Positions 23,478 through 38,559 of a stretch of 64,000 nt of DNA are shown piece by piece (position 1 is the first letter of the stretch; the number at the start of each line of letters is the position of its first letter). The DNA lies in assembly GCA_964016885.1 (NCBI GenBank), contig OZ024743.1, forward strand, positions 25,730,001 to 25,794,000, written 5' to 3'. The notes under the pieces were generated by a model, which saw only the letters and a list, made by a program, of their open reading frames with translations, made no database searches and was not told the DNA's origin. The position numbers and the translations under genes are program-made. The stretch is from Eledone cirrhosa. Taxonomy: Eukaryota.

Positions 23478-24450
23478 ACAAGCACACAAATAAACATACA
23501 TATCTTTACTTTCTTTATTCAATAGAAAATCTGAATTCTGACACCCCAGCGAACTAACCATATTCACTGAACCAGAACCATTCTCCCATCCAATTTCTCT
23601 TGACCATTATCTTTTGCTTGTCATAAAATTCTCTAAAAAGACTACAGAATAGATTTCCAAATAAGGGCACGAAAATTTAATGAAAACTTGTTCACGTGAC
23701 AGCCATAATTTCATTTATAACCAATCAAATTACGTTTATTTTAAAAAAGCCTTCGTGAGCTCCTTTTTTGTAAGTAAAAAGAAATTCAAACACACACACA
23801 ACACACACACACACAACACGCACACACACACACAAGCACACAAATAAACATACATATCTTTACTTTCTTTATTCAATAGAAAATCTGAATTCTGACACCC
23901 CAGCGAACTAACCATATTCACTGAACCAGAACAATTCTCCCATCCAATTTCTCTTGGCCATTATATTTTGCTTGTCATAAAATTCTCTAAAAAGGCTACA
24001 GAATAGATTTCCAAATAAGGGCGCGAAAATTTAATGAAAACTTGTTCACGTGACAGCCATAATTTCATTCATAACCAATCAAATTACGTTTATTAAAAAA
24101 AAAGCAGTCGTGAGCCCCCCTTCTTTTTAAGTAAAAGGAAATTCGAACACTCATATATGAAAAAACAACCTGTAACCCGCCTTGCTTGAAGAACTTTGTA
24201 ACGCGAACTGGCGCGAAATTTATTATAATTATTGACCAACCAATCAAATTACTTCTGGCATTTCGAGCCACTTTTTCCATATCAAACAAGTAACATTCAG
24301 AAGCCAACCAGATGTAAGAAAAACCACAGACCCTCCATCTCAACTCTACTTTTGAAAAGCAGAAGAACTGCGAAACCGCTAAAGGAACCAAATAAATATA
24401 TATATATTTTTTTAAATAAGACTCCAGTTGCATTTTCGATTTCATCTTTT
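23390..24450 (+). mobile_element. Second copy of the 6062-6850 repeat, with an internal ~365 bp tandem duplication
   Basis: 23390-23760 is repeated at 23765-24120. Variant hammerhead at 24347-24386. Confidence 0.75.
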
Positions 24451-24528
24451 TTTCTATATATATATATATTTATATATATGTATACATGTATGTATATATT
24501 TGTGTGTATGTGTATAAATATATAAGAG

Positions 24529-25258
<730 letters not shown>

Positions 25259-25513
25259 ACATATGTATGTATATATATATATGTGTATATATATATACAT
25301 ACATACATATGAATACACATATACACATATATGTACATATATATATATATAAATAAATATACACGGGTGTGTATGATTGTGTATAAAAGATTATTATTAA
25401 TAAAAGGAATCCCAACTTTGTCTGATTTACTCGTTTTATTTACAATCCTTTAAAATGTATAATGATATTATAATGAAATAGTATGGTAGAATATTAAATG
25501 TTAAGTGTTAATT

Positions 25514-25550
25514 GAACAAGTACTTTCATGCTTTCGCAATCTTCAGGTTC
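25514..25550 (-). ncRNA. Minimal (37 nt) type I hammerhead ribozyme
   Basis: GAAC CUGAAGA uUGC-GAAA-GCAu GAAA GUAC UU GUUC. Stem I GAAC/GUUC, GNRA-capped stem II, palindromic loop III GUAC. Confidence 0.8.
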
Positions 25551-25865
25551 ATATTCTGTGGTGACAGTCAAGTTTGCAATTTTCAACTCTACATATACAT
25601 ATATTACATATATATACATGTATATATATGTAATATATATACATGTATATATATATTACATATATATACGGGGTCGATAAAATAAAGTACCAGTAATACA
25701 CTGGGAAATTGCTGGCCTTGTGCCAAAAGTAGAAACAATTACATATATATACATGTATATATATATATGCGTATGTATAGTTATGTATATCTATATCTAT
25801 CTAATCAATATAATGAAATACTTGTTATAAACGCATTCATATAAACATGCAAACAACCACATTTC

Positions 25866-25992
<127 letters not shown>

Positions 25993-26162
25993 GAGTGTGT
26001 GTGTGTGCAGCCAGGATATACATCTGTGGTGTACATGTATATACCTGTCTCTATAAATATATGTATATGTGTATGTATGTATATATGTATATATGTATGC
26101 ATGTGCATATGTATGTGTATATGTATGTAAGAGTGAATGTATATATGTATATATATATATAT

Positions 26163-26214
<52 letters not shown>

Positions 26215-26275
26215 ATGTATGTTTATATGTGTGTGCATATAAGTATGTTTATGCCTGTGTGTATGCATGTATGTG

Positions 26276-26306
<31 letters not shown>

Positions 26307-26771
26307 CTATGCCACTTTTGTACTATATGCTTGTTGTGATTGCTATTGCCCTTTTTGTTATTGCTGTCGTTGTTATTGTACATGTCTTCCTTATTGTTGT
26401 TGTTGTTGTTGTTGTTTTAATACTATGCAGAATATTTCTTTTTTCTTTTTTTTTCCCCTAAAATTATGCAGGGGAAAAAAAACCCTAAATAAAAAATAAA
26501 ATAAGAAAAACTAAATAGAATATAATAAAATTTAACAAAAAAAGGGAAATTGAATTGAGTATGAATGACAAAGTTATTACAGGCGATTTAAATAGGATGG
26601 AATCTATGGAAACTAGCAAATAATATTGTCTCCCTCACTTTGCATGAAACATTAACAACTCCAACCTACCCTGTGTCTATTGGCATTGAACGAGATGGTC
26701 GTGGATGTCTGTATGAGCGTGTGTGTGTGTGTGTAAGCGTGTGTGTGTGTGAGCGAACGTGTGTGTGTGTG

Positions 26772-27222
26772 AGGAGGGTTGTTTTTGTAGTTTGGTGGCG
26801 GTGTGGAGGGGTTGTTTTTGTATTTTGGCGGAGATGTGGAGGGTTGTTTTTGTATTTTGGCGGAGATGTGGAGGGTTGTTTTTGTATTTTGGCGGAGATG
26901 TGGAGGGTTGTTTTTGTAGTTTGGCGGAGGTGTGGAGGGTTGTTTTTGTATTTTGGCGGAGATGTGGAGGGTTGTTTTTGTAGTTTGGTGGCGGTGTGGA
27001 GGGTTGTTTTTGTATTTTGGCGGAGGTGTGGAGGGTTGTTTTTGTATTTTGGCGGAGGTGTGGAGGGTTGTTTTTGTATTTTGGCGGAGATGTGGAGGGT
27101 TGTTTTTGTATTTTGGCGGAGGTGTGGAGGGTTGTTTTTGTATTTTGGCGGAGGTGTGGAGGGGTGGTTTTTGTATTTTAGCGGAGGTGTGGAGGGTTGT
27201 TTTTAAATTTTGGCGGAGGTGC
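26772..27222. repeat. 32-bp GT-rich minisatellite, ~14 copies
   Basis: Unit gtggagggttgtttttgtattttggcggag(a/g)t; tattttggcg occurs at 26821 and 26853. Confidence 0.92.
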
Positions 27223-28000
27223 GGCTAGGGAAGACATGGGGGAGTGTATATTTCTTCTTTTCGTTGTTGATTTGGTGGGTTACGTTAAGCTGTTTTTTTT
27301 TTCTTTTGTTAATGTTTACATTTATACATACACACGTACATACTCATATATATATATGTGAGTACATATACTTACATATATATATATATATACATATATA
27401 CATACATACATATATATATACATACATACATCCATACATATATACAATCATACATACATACATACATATATACAAATATATATATACATACCAACATACA
27501 TATATGCATGCATGCATTTATACATACACGCATACGTACACATGTTTACTTCGTCGGCTCACATATATATATACATACATACACACACACAAACATTCAT
27601 ACACACAAACATACAAGCATACATACACAAACATACATACAAATATATATACATACACAAACATACATACATACATACACAAACATACATACATACATAC
27701 ATACATACATACATACATACATACATACATACATACATACATACATACATACATACATACATACATACATACATACATACATACATACATACATACATAC
27801 ATACATAATTGTGTGTCTAACTGAATACATCCAGATTTCAACTCTAAAAAAACCATCAGTCATGGAATTATTAATATTATTATATACATTTCATTCTCCG
27901 ATATAGATGTAAAACATGAGTCATGTTTTAATGTCAGGAAAATATCTTAACACTTTCAAAATTGCCACATTTGCACGAGTAGAAATAGATTTCCTTAACA

Positions 28001-28077
<77 letters not shown>

Positions 28078-28080
28078 GCA

Positions 28081-28142
<62 letters not shown>

Positions 28143-28296
28143 AATATGATTTCGCTTCAAGCATAGCTTTATACAATATGTATAAGTATTTCGTTGTCCG
28201 CCTTGTTTCTGCTGGACATCACCAGAGGGCGTTAGCCCCCCGGTGTTTGCATAGCTACGGCTTCCTAAAACCGTATTTTCTTGGAGATACGAAATA

Positions 28297-28376
<80 letters not shown>

Positions 28377-28499
28377 GTAATAATGATAAATGTGAAGACT
28401 AAAACCCCAAAGAGGGCTCGATAAGGATAAATATATATCAAATATATAAGAACCCTAGAGCAGCGATTCTTTGCTTAAACTTTAATGTTATTTTAATAA

Positions 28500-28549
<50 letters not shown>

Positions 28550-28687
28550 AGAACAATGAAAAAAAACAGAAGTCAGACGTAGCTAATTAGTTCATCATAT
28601 TACAATCGTTTCACAGGGTTGATTGATCATTGGAGATCGATGTATCGACTAGCACGGTAGGGGTTAAGCCACTACCTATTTCTAGTC

Positions 28688-28726
<39 letters not shown>

Positions 28727-28729
<3 letters not shown>

Positions 28730-28917
28730 AAAAGAGCCAGGACCCCACGGCTGAGCTCCGGCTGTTTCGACAGCTAGATCTGATCTAACTGTCGAAACGA
28801 CCGGAGTCCAGCCGTCGGAGTCCTGCCTCTTTTCATATCACCCACTCTACTACCCTAAGTATCGAGTACTCCGGTGCGTTGTTATGGTCCACCTGGTTCC
28901 TTACCACTCTTCCTTCG

Positions 28918-28918
<1 letters not shown>
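28727..28918. mobile_element. TA-flanked half-hammerhead palindrome, same family as 22199-22388
   Basis: gtttcgacagctagatc-t-gatctaactgtcgaaac; the tail cccactctactaccctaagtatcgagtactccggtgcgtt matches 22199-22275 in reverse. Confidence 0.75.
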
Positions 28919-28968
<50 letters not shown>

Positions 28969-29251
28969 AGTACAGCATATTCGAAGTTCGATCAGCAGCT
29001 AAGCCAAGGAATGCCTTCAGCAGTGCAGCCAAGCACTCGACAAGGTATAGACCTCAGAGTAATAACATACAGTTTAAAGGGCTTTGCAAAATGAAAATAG
29101 CGACCGCTAATTCAGCCGCGTGATCTGTAGCAACGAAAGAACTGACTAGTGAGAAAAGGATATACACACACACACACATACGCACACATGCTTATATACA
29201 TATAAGAATATACATACATACATATATGCACATATCTGTAAATATATATAT

Positions 29252-29537
29252 ACAATGATATTTAATAAATGGAAACTATATTTATAAAACCATATTTATT
29301 CTATTATTTATATTTCAATGGTACCAAAACTTTGGTACGCTTTCATCAGATAAAATACAAAGTTTGTTTTATAAATTTTTACATAACCAAGAAAAGATAC
29401 CTTAACGGTTCAAGTTTTTCTTCCATTTATTAAATATCATTGAATATTATACTCCAGAAACATGTCGAGTGCTCTGAATCAGTTATAAACATTTATATTT
29501 GTTGAATTACCAACAAATTGAATATCCCTTTTGCTTA
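29252..29537. mobile_element. TA-flanked hammerhead element (family of 24640 and 46712) with a 22-bp inverted repeat
   Basis: Hammerhead at 29298-29356 (-): AUUUUAU CUGAUGA AAgcGUACCAAA-gu-UUUGGUACcaUU GAAA U-AUAA-A UA AUAGAAU. Inverted repeat caatgatatttaataaatggaa / ttccatttattaaatatcattg. Confidence 0.85.
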
Positions 29538-29559
29538 TATATATATATATATATATGTG

Positions 29560-29678
29560 AAGGCGTGTGGCTGAGTGGTTAGAGAATTGGATTCGCAATC
29601 GTAAGTTTGTGAGTTCGATTCCTGGACCAGGCGATGCGTTGTGTCCTTGAGCAAGACACTTTATTTCACGTTGCTCCT
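29560..29678 (+). mobile_element. SINE family A 5' fragment
   Basis: ggcgtgtggctgagtggttagag...gagttcgattcc...gtgtccttgagcaagacact. Confidence 0.85.
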
Positions 29679-30255
29679 TCTACCTGGAGTTGCGACCGAT
29701 AGATAGTATTAGCAATTGGAAAGACCAACGCAAACATTGTTCCTTCGGTCTGATTTGACGAAAGTCGATCGTTCCTATTTTTTTATATATATATATATAT
29801 ATCAATTAAAAGGTTATTTATCTCTAATACTTAGACATCTCAATGAATGGATAAAATATACAGATAAGATATTAAGTTGTCACCCAGAGAAGTAATTTTG
29901 CAAAACTCTATTTAGGGAAGTATAAGTGAGACAGACTAAAATAAGAGTCTCACTAATATAAATGTCTCCCTACCATGGTTTCAAAAACAATAGAAGTAGT
30001 ACCAGGCATTCCAAATCATTGGAATAACCAATGCTGTAAGAATTGTTTTGTTTTTTGTCTTCAGGGGAATATTCTTTGGAAAAAGAGGAGATATTGATCA
30101 AGAAGCATACATACCAATTCGTTGTCGAAACCTTGTGCTGTCCAACACGTCGTTTTGGAAATCTACTAAATGAACAAATCTTTCTTTATATATATTAAGA
30201 CAATGCGACAGGTTTATAATGACGCTAGAAATAGCAGCCAAACGTCCGTCTAAAT

Positions 30256-30409
30256 CAGTGGTTCTCAACATTTTTTTACTCATGGACCCCTTTTCCCTTA
30301 TTTTTTGGGGGGTGGACCTCCTCATAGCTATTCGTCAAAAGAAAAGCTTATTCTATTTTTTGCCTGTGACCCCCAGGAATATTACATGGGCCGCTATTGA
30401 GAACCACTG
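30256..30409. mobile_element. hAT (Charlie-like) MITE with an 8-bp target site duplication
   Basis: TIRs cagtggttctcaa / ttgagaaccactg; TSD GTCTAAAT at 30248-30255 and 30410-30417. Confidence 0.92.
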
Positions 30410-30689
30410 GTCTAAATCAACTCTACAATAAATGATAACTGGAGTTGTTAATATTAATTAAAAGGTTATTTGTCTCTAATACATAGACATCTCAATGAAT
30501 GGATAAAATATACAGGTATATGACTCAGAGAAGCAATTTTACATTATGCCCTAAGACTTATACCCCAAAAATATCTATTGAGGGAGTCTCACTTATATAA
30601 ATGTCTCCCTGCCAGTATTGATTATGCCAATGATTTGAAATACTCGTTACCATATTATCTTCCTTCAGGTGAGACACTCTTGGAATCTA

Positions 30690-31310
30690 ACACCAGTGAC
30701 CTTTGAGAAATTGTCGATAACAACTTAAACTGGAGACACCACATAAACAGATAAACAGCAAGTTGACTTCCCCAAGTGATGTGTACTTGGATTCTTAGAA
30801 CTTTACTGTTTATTGATATTCATGCCATTATCCTCCTCTTCTCTATCTTTGTCCGCCTCCACACTAAATGTTGCTGCCTACTTTGGACTCCCCAAACGAA
30901 AGAAAGTGTTATGAAAACTGAAGCATCACAGAGATCAATTACAAAACCGATAGACAGCATGGCAGACCTTGACTATTGGGGTCGACTAGAAAATATCAAA
31001 CTCTATTGTCATTTGTATGATGAGAAAAAATAACCCAACATAGGCCAAATTATGTGGGCATCACCTTTCCACTCCCTACAAAAATTGATGGCGTATCTCA
31101 TAATAACGTTAGAATATAACTATTTCACCTTGATTGGTCCAGCTCTGTTTAATATCATATCAAAATAGATCATGCCAGAAAAAGATCCCATAAAATTTTA
31201 AATGCCCCTGAACAAATTCCTCCAAGATATTCCGCATAAAACCCCTACACCTAGGTATGCTTCCAGCAACAATAATTCTTTACTGAAGTGGGTCATATTG
31301 TCAATACTGG
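30690..31310 (+). mobile_element. Decayed CR1/L2-like LINE 3' fragment
   Basis: IVDNNLNWRHHI; FVRLHTKCCCLLWTP..KTEASQRSITK..LDYWGRLENIKLY resembles the post-RT region of CR1-group LINEs. Confidence 0.65.
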
Positions 31311-31951
31311 CTGAAACCTATCAAAGTTATTGAAGTTATATGTACTTCACATTCTCTTAATTTTGAGTTTATATTTGACCGGCCACCTTCCCGGTGGCAA
31401 GGTTGTGAAGAAAAAAAGCTTATAATACAAACTCTATCATACTCTGGCCCAGGTGAGTTGGTATATACCTTGTAGCTCCAATAATAATAGGTATATAGTT
31501 GACTGTGTATTTTGTGTACTGGATCTATAAACTTCTCAAAAATAGACCGTTGGTAACCTCCTTCTCTTGCATATTTCTTATTATATTGTCATCTTTTATG
31601 GCAAACATGACTGTGTTCCAGTTTGATCATTTCTCAAACAAAACAAACTATCCTCACATCTCCAAGACCGAACTCCATTTAAGGGTGTTTAGTTCGTGGA
31701 AAGTAGGCAAGGGAGATAACTCCTATAACCCGGAGTGAGCGGAGCTTTTTTGAAACAATTCATTACAATGCCATGGGAGAAGACCTTGTGTATATGTCTA
31801 CTCATTCAAAGTAATGAAGTTGTTTCGATCTTATTAAATCTCCTCAGCGAAATATATTTGGCTTTGCAAGTTGGCATAACTGATACCCAGACACAGACAC
31901 ACATATATACAAACAAATATACGTAAACACACACAAACACGCATATATGTG

Positions 31952-32021
<70 letters not shown>

Positions 32022-32380
32022 CACAAATATATACGAGTAATCATTGTAAAGATTGGAGGAAGTTGTTATATATAGAAGAGGACGCAACTAGCACGCATTA
32101 CGGTAATGAAGAAATCAGCTGTAAGATGTCGGAGACACAAACACTTCTGTAGCATCCGATCCATCCTTCCTTATCTTAACCGGTAATAATCATTTAAAAA
32201 TCAACAGCTAGGAGAATTACAAGATTAACAAATGCAATGATAACAACAAGCTCAGTCAAGACAACAGCTAAAATAAGAGCAATCGCAAACCTCAAGATCA
32301 ACATCAGTAAAATCAAAATTGGTAGATCAAAACAAAAAAATAACTTATATTATCATATATCAGAGACAGAAACATAAATC

Positions 32381-32533
<153 letters not shown>

Positions 32534-32543
32534 GGCATGAATA

Positions 32544-32667
<124 letters not shown>

Positions 32668-32669
32668 CA

Positions 32670-32718
<49 letters not shown>

Positions 32719-32723
32719 GTATG

Positions 32724-32786
<63 letters not shown>

Positions 32787-33303
32787 AGAGAGAGAGAGAG
32801 AGAGAGAGAAAGAGAAAGAGAGTCGATGTATAAAGGTGTATAAAAAAGAGAGTAGTGAAAGAAAAGAAAAGTAAGAGCCAGACATGAAATATTTTGAGCC
32901 TAATGGCGCCAAGCTGTCGGGATGGCGTCGAATGTATAATGGTGTTTAAATGGACAGGAAATTCGTCAGGTGTTGCAGGTGGAAAACAAGAGTCTTTAGT
33001 AAGTAATTAGGCTAGGAAGAGTTTATGAAATCAGTCTTCACTAGATATTTTTTCTTTAGTTGTTAACCGTTTTATATATATTACATTCATGGGTGTGTGA
33101 CTCTGTGTGTGTCTGTCTGTGTGTGTCTGTGTGTGTGTGCGTCTGTGTCTGTGTGTGGGGGGGGGCAGATATCTATATATACATACATGTATGTGTATAT
33201 AGAAAAACATGCATATGTATGTCTACAAATATGTGTGTGTACAAAATATATATATATGTAGGTATATATATATACATTTATATATATATATATATATATG
33301 TGT

Positions 33304-33348
<45 letters not shown>

Positions 33349-33425
33349 CATCTATATTTGTATATATATGTATATTTGTATATATATACTTTATATATAT
33401 ATATATATATATATACATACATACA

Positions 33426-33459
<34 letters not shown>

Positions 33460-34989
33460 ACATATATATATATATATACTTATACACTGTGTATGTGTAG
33501 GTAATTATTTATTGTTTTTATTCTTTCGCCGGGGATTTTGGGTTTTGTTTTGTTATCTTTTCCTTTTGTGTTGTTTGCATGTTGTATCCATTGATTTTTT
33601 GTTGATATTTTTCTACACGTAAATTCGGATGCCATTACAGAGTAGAAAATCGCCTGCAAAACATTATCAATTGCTTGATTACATTGTTTCGTTGATATCG
33701 TTTAATATATGGGTTAAAGGGATATGTTTAATTGTTTTTATTTAATCGTATTCAACAGTTCATTGAACAACTGATGACAAAAATGATATCCTTATATAAT
33801 TGTACGTATGTACGTAAGGATTTGTGTAATTGAGTGTCTGTTTGTTTTGTTTTGTTTTTGATTTTTGGGGGGTTGTTGTTTTTTTCTTATATATATATAT
33901 ATCTTTTGTATTTGTCTGTCTTTTGTTTGTCAATCTCTCGAGCTATTGCGGTGAATAAATACATGAATTCCGCTTAGATTTTCAAAGGTTAGAAGTCGTT
34001 TCATAAAAGGTATTAATGTTGACAATACATTTGAAGACAATATCTTTAGCTAATCGGGTGTCACTAAATAGACAGTTGTTCTTGAAATTGCGGCATTTGA
34101 TTGCGGTGTGATTATTGTTTATGCTGTATTGGTGGAGGCTCGATGTAGCTAAATTCTGTTCAAAATTAAAAATTGTGGAATATGAAATTCTCGTTACTTG
34201 TGTTGTGGGTAGAGTTTTTTTTTTTTTTGGGGGGGGGGGGGGGGGTCTAAATAAAATGATGAAGATTTGGGTGAATGGTGTAGGTACATCAATATTGTAT
34301 GGAGATGTCATCTACTAAACTTTTCCTAAAAAGTTGCTATGATTGTATTTGTTTTCTAACGTGAAGAGTATGTAAGACATTGTTCTCAATCAAATCCGCT
34401 TCTAGTTATGTAGTAAGATGCCACGTTAGTGAATATTTTTCTATTGGCAGAATAGTATTATAGTCTAGGTGTCTGAATAAGTTCTTAGGGTGCTAGAGTG
34501 AATGTGCATGTGTATAGTGGTTCATTTGTTTGTGCAACGATTAGAAAAGAGAGTTAGTGAGACGTCTAAATTATAAATCTAGTGAAGTTGTGCTCTATTG
34601 TGATTGTTGTTTGTTTGCGATTACAGTTGTTAAGAATTAAGAAACCAAGTATATACTCCCATCAAACTCTTGTAAATGTGTTTTTGATATTCTATAGATA
34701 TTTTCTATGCGAGTATGCATATATATCGCAGAGAACGAAAGAACACTACGTACAAAAATATGAACTTTCCTCCCTAAATATGTAAGTAAAAACTAATTTT
34801 TTTTTCTCTATTTTATTATTATTATTATTAATATGCAATTTAACTGTACTATACACTTCAGTCGTTGAAAAAGCATATAAAGCTGAAACCGGTACAATTA
34901 AATGCGGAAATCCCTACTTTGTAAATAAGTGTTACACTGAAAAACATCCCTCTAGCATTTTCTACTGTGTTTTTCCTTTTTACTATTTG

Positions 34990-35088
<99 letters not shown>

Positions 35089-36141
35089 TTCATCTTTTCA
35101 CATTTTGAGATTAATTTATACTTTCGTGTGCCTCCTATTTATATAATAAATGTACTATGAGTAGTAAGAATTACATGCAATAATATGAACAATGTTAATT
35201 TGAAATCGAGTTCAAGCGACCCAGATGGGTAATAATTAAATCAATTTTAGAATACTGGTAGATAACCTGAATTTGGGAGTAGTTTAAAGTTTTTATACCA
35301 CGGTTTACGTGCATGTATTGGACCTCCATCTGTTTCAACGACGAGTCTTCCAGTTGATTCGATCAACGGAACATCTCAGCTGTGAAATGAAAGGGCACAT
35401 AGATGAACATTCCACAGACTCATGTACTCTTAACGTAATTTTAAGGGAGATTCATTGTGACACCATGAATGAACAGAGTGGGGACAGAAAGAAACGGAGG
35501 GGAAATTGGGAGGAAAAGCATTTGTATTTCAGTCAGCCGTTTGGGTGAAATGCTAGTCAGTGGGTAACTTAGATATGATAGAGATTTTGAAAACCTTTTA
35601 TATTTTGTGTGGACATGTGGGTGTGGGTGTGTGAGCGCGCGTGCGCGCGCGTGTGTGTGTGTGTGCATGTGTGTGGTTGTATGTCTGTGCAAAGCTGAGA
35701 ATGGACGTGCCTTAGTCCGTAACAGAGCCTGCTGCTTTGAGAAAGTAGATGTGTGAGTGTGCGCCTGCGTGTGAACTGATGATCAACGCAGGGTGTTATA
35801 CCTATGTATGTGACATTTTGTTTACAAATACATACAACCTCACGAAGAAAGAATCGCAGGAGATTATAGAAAAAGGAAATGGTAACGAATATGTTGGTAG
35901 CTCTGTCTCATATCGTGGTACGACCGTAAGAGAGACTACTTGGTTTCAGGTACGATGATATGGCGGTACAGTCGCAAACTACTGAACAACGATGTGTGGA
36001 GTCACTGCGTGCATAGAGCCGGGAGTGGTGGTGGTGGTGGTGGGTGGAGTAATTGTGGAGAAACATTCAGTACTGTCGGAACCCCAGCACCGGTACAGGG
36101 TGCCATGCAAACACAATCACGCGCATAGGTGATGCAAGCAC

Positions 36142-37020
36142 TCATACACCCTCAAACGAGAACCATAGAGTGTTCTTTGTCGGTAGTGTGTGATGTCTGA
36201 GGGCGTGTATATGTAACAATGTCATGGCTGTGGCATCTGTCAAGATGATTTTAACGGAAGAGGCTCTCATTGTCACGTGATCTTTCATCCGTATGTGTAG
36301 CCTCCTTATGGTAACACCGAAGTATGAAGAGCTACATTTTTTGCAGGTGATCTTATAGACAACATATGCTCTCATGCACACTTCTGCGCTGTTTACGAGA
36401 CAATTAGGAAGTGTGCATATATCGCTGTATCTGAGTTGGTGTCTGTAGAGCCGACTTCTCAATGAGACTCCCGAGTGTGCCAACCGTATATTCAGTCCCT
36501 CTCTACGGATGGTTTGTCTGATGGCAGCTGTCGTCTTTTCATTGACATGTGGCAGCTTTAGGTAACATATCTTCCTTAGGGATGCGTGTCCTCCTGGTTC
36601 TTTTATGTTTTGCCTCCTTGGCATTTCGGTGTTTGATGAGAGAAATAAGGTAGCCGTTTTCAGTGAGAACTCTTTGGAATTCCACCGTATCGTATGTCTG
36701 TCGCTACCCTCACTGCATTTGTTGCATATACGGGAGATCTCATTCCGTGTATAGGTCATTTTCGCTCTGTAGGGAAAAGTGGGGTAGTGATGCACAAAAA
36801 TATCTCTGCAGGCATCCTTCCTGTAAAATTTGGTGTATATGGATCCCTCTACTGTGACTCTTAGTGTAAAGTCAAGTAGAGAGAGTGATCCAACAGTGTC
36901 TGGATGTTCAACTTTAAATGTTAGTTATGCTTCCTATGTTTTCAACAATATAGATATTGACAGATTCTTCGTATGAGGAAGTGGACATAAGGATGTCATC
37001 CACGTACCTGGAGGAGACGC
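36142..37020 (-). pseudogene. Penelope-like element remnant (RT C-terminus and GIY-YIG endonuclease)
   Basis: SRYVDDILM (RT) and VVYKITCKKCSSSYFGVTIRRLHIRMKDH (Penelope-type GIY-YIG with CxxC). Frameshifted. Confidence 0.88.
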
Positions 37021-37459
37021 CATCAATATCGTTGCTACCACTGCCACAACTACTACCTCTATCAACGCTAACTTTGGATCTTTCCCCATATTCCACCCTG
37101 ACAACCCACTCCAACTACCCACCATCCAAGAACTTAATGCTAAACTAGCCTGACTTAAGAATTCCATCTCTAAGATCTTACAGGAGCACTCTTCTCCCTC
37201 CCACAATCTCTCTAGGACCCAGCTCTTCACTCCAAGTGAACTACGTTAAAAACAATTAATATACCTCCCATCAGTCAAAGGAAAAGAATTCTGCGTCATT
37301 GAGCAGAACATTTTCACACGACTAGCGCTAGAACACCTTATACACATAATACATGCATACATACGTACATATATACATGATGATAGCTGCCCCCTCGTTA
37401 TCGAGTATGGCCATTGCACGAGAAAAAAAATAGAAAAAAAAAAAAATATATATATATAT

Positions 37460-38419
37460 AAGTATGTACACGTACATACATATATGTATACAGACGTACA
37501 GTAGTATGTATATATATATATATACATACATGCACACATATATATATGCACGTATGGATTCACCGAACATTTATTATAATGCTCGGTGTGTTTGTAAACA
37601 AACATCCCGTATTAAGCCGTAGTGTCTAGCAACCATCGTTGCTCGTTTGTTCAACACTGACAAAGGAACGCTGTACTAGTTTCAAGCTTATTAGCTATCG
37701 TCAGCAACGTATACCTTTCTGCCAGATTGTTGAACGTATATACTTACCTTATGCATATTAACGGCTGAGTAGCCCAATTTGCATATCGAGTGGGTTAATC
37801 GGCCGGGTGCACCGAAAACGATAAACGGAAAAAATGAAACAAAATTTCATTTCCCACGTGCATATTTATATGTGTGCATGTGTGTATATATATATACATA
37901 CTACTGTACGTCTGTATACATATATGTATGTACGTGTACATACTTATATTTAAGTAACAGCCGTACTAAGAGTGGGAAATGAAATTTCGTTTCATTTTTT
38001 CCGTTTATCGTTTTCGGTGCACCCGGCCGATTAACCCACTCGATATGCAAATTGGGCTACTCAGCCGTTAATATGCATAAGGTAAGTATATACGTTCAAC
38101 AATCTGGCAGGAAGGTATACGTTGCTGACGATAGCTAATAAGCTTGAAACTAGTACAGCGTTCCTTTGTCAGTGTTGAACAAACGAGCAACGATGGTTGC
38201 TAGACACTACGGCTTAATACGGGATGTTTGTTTACAAACACACCGAGCATTATAATAAATGTTCGGTGAATCCATACGTGCATATATATATGTGTGCATG
38301 TATGTATATATATACATACTACTGTACGTCTGTATACATATATGTATGTACGTGTACATACTTATATTTAAGTAACAGCCGTACTAAGAGTGGGAAATGA
38401 AATTTCGTTTCATTTTTAC

Positions 38420-38420
<1 letters not shown>
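37460..38420. mobile_element. Hammerhead element with a 418-nt direct-repeat period plus an inverted copy (retrozyme- or pseudo-LTR-like)
   Basis: aagtaacagccgtactaagagtgggaaatg at 37952 and 38370. 37460-37857 is the reverse complement of ~37970-38367. Hammerheads at 38120-38160 (+) (CGUUG CUGACGA uAGCU-aaua-AGCUu GAAA CUAG UA CAGCG) and 37669-37709 (-). Confidence 0.9.
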
Positions 38421-38461
<41 letters not shown>

Positions 38462-38559
38462 CAATAATAATAATAATAACAACAATAATAATAACGACAA
38501 CAACAATAATAATATACATATATATATACACACATAAACATATCTATACACACACGATA

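Noticed and set aside
26640-27228. 188-aa ORF with repeated peptides
   Set aside because: It is a by-product of the stop-poor 32-bp minisatellite.
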